Part shown: positions 5,763-6,965 of the stretch, piece after piece
Layout of the letters: the number at the start of each line of letters is the position of its first letter
How positions within the stretch are numbered: the stretch's first letter is position 1
Assembly (NCBI RefSeq): GCF_006345805.1
Contig: NW_021829157.1
Coordinates: 1 to 6,965, forward strand
Direction of reading: 5' to 3'
Length of the DNA: 6,965 bases
DNA from: Octopus sinensis
Lineage: Eukaryota
The notes under the pieces: model-generated
Seen by the model: the letters and a program-made list of their open reading frames with translations, nothing else
What the model was told of the DNA's origin: nothing
The model's database searches: none
Translations under genes and position numbers: made by a program

Positions 5763-6965
5763 ATACCTGTGGTCTTCTATAATTTCTAAGTATACATTTT
5801 ATATATTTATAATTTTATAATTTTTATAGCTACATTTGTATAATAATTAATGGATGTGTCTAGTATTATTGGTTTCTTGTTTTTTGTATGTGGGTTTTTG
5901 TTTGTTTTTTAAGAGAATTGCAATATGACATAAATAACATATTCATTTTGGTACTTGCCTTGTAATGTGTGATTTTTGAAGTTTTCCAATATTGCATAGC
6001 ATATTGCAGTAATATATATATCTTGGGTAGATACCTAGCTCTGGATAATGTAATGATATGTATAATATGTAATATATGAGAGCCTTTTGTGAGTTTGGTG
6101 GGTTTAGGTTGAGATTATAGGTTTTTTGTATGTGTTTATTTGAAGGTTTTATTGTATATTTGGTCTTTTTGTACTCACCTTAATTTGTATCTTATGCTAT
6201 TCACTGATAAACTTTTTCATTTTTTCATTTTCTTTACATGCATTATGCTTTATAATTATTACTAGCCTCATATATTTAGTTTATATCTATAGTCTTCTGG
6301 ATCTGTACTTTAAACTATCCTTCCATACATATTTTACTTCAACAATATAAAAATATATTCACTCTATTTATTTTTTATTTATTTTCCATTTTATTGTAAT
6401 ATTATCAATTTTTGCATCTAGTCTTCTATTTATTTATTTATTTGCCTTTTTAAGTGTAGATGTTTACATACATATCAAGTCATCTAATTTGCTATCTATT
6501 TATTTTTACTTTATTTACTTATACTGGTGGTTTTGGTAGTTTTATACATACATATCTATCATTTATTTTTATTTAATTTTAATAATATATGAATAATATA
6601 CTGGTTTGTACTTTATAATTATGTGTATAACCGTATTTATTCCTTCGTATTTATTCCTTCTTATTTATTATATCTCTTTCATCTTAAGTCTTTAAATATA
6701 AATTTTATTAAAATTTTTGTGATGTTTCATAAGCGTTTACATTAATACTTCCCCTTCTATTCTTTAATGCCTAAACTGGTATATTATGGCACTATATTTA
6801 TTAAGTTAATAAGTGACTTATTTATAATTTTAATTAATATATATGTTATATTTTATATTTTATAATTTAGCGTACTTAAAACCATAACAAACTTACGATA
6901 AATCTAACAACCGTATGTTTACTCTGCAACAAACCGGTGTTATAAATTTTAAGTTACCCCATGAA
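5763..6965. other. very AT-rich, strand-asymmetric (T-rich on +) segment, probably repeat/PLE-derived, unassigned
   Basis: Uniform composition with no long microsatellites, unlike the flanking host DNA. No ORF in the track and no recognisable motif in partial manual translation. Confidence 0.3.
6632..6659. repeat. perfect 14-bp tandem duplication CGTATTTATTCCTT x2
   Basis: 6632-6645 is identical to 6646-6659. Confidence 0.95.

Noticed and set aside
5763-6965. Reverse transcriptase remnant or mitochondrial insertion
   Set aside because: No RT motifs or mitochondrial gene features recognised in partial manual reading; AT richness alone is insufficient.

Overview
AT-rich, repeat-saturated eukaryotic non-coding DNA, most likely an intronic or intergenic window from a coleoid cephalopod (Octopus-like; inferred only from my recognition of the SINE families). 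No intact protein-coding gene is visible, and nearly all ORFs in the track are translated microsatellites. The window holds a composite tRNA-derived CORE-type SINE (126-573, -), two partial copies of a second tRNA-derived SINE, a TTAA-flanked piggyBac-type MITE (2795-3017), an unclassified ~470 bp element next to (AAT)n, and many microsatellites. A fold-back (CATA)n/(TATG)n array contains a 31-bp perfect inverted match. The most notable region is a Penelope-like retroelement (PLE) remnant. It has a frameshifted GIY-YIG endonuclease on + (5294-5712), bounded by an 8-bp direct repeat. On - it has a type I hammerhead ribozyme (4799-4919) with the palindromic minimal helix III typical of PLEs but an unusually long (86 nt) structured helix II. 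Two candidate host exons on opposite strands are unconfirmed: a 17-nt microexon (+) and a 118-nt exon (-).
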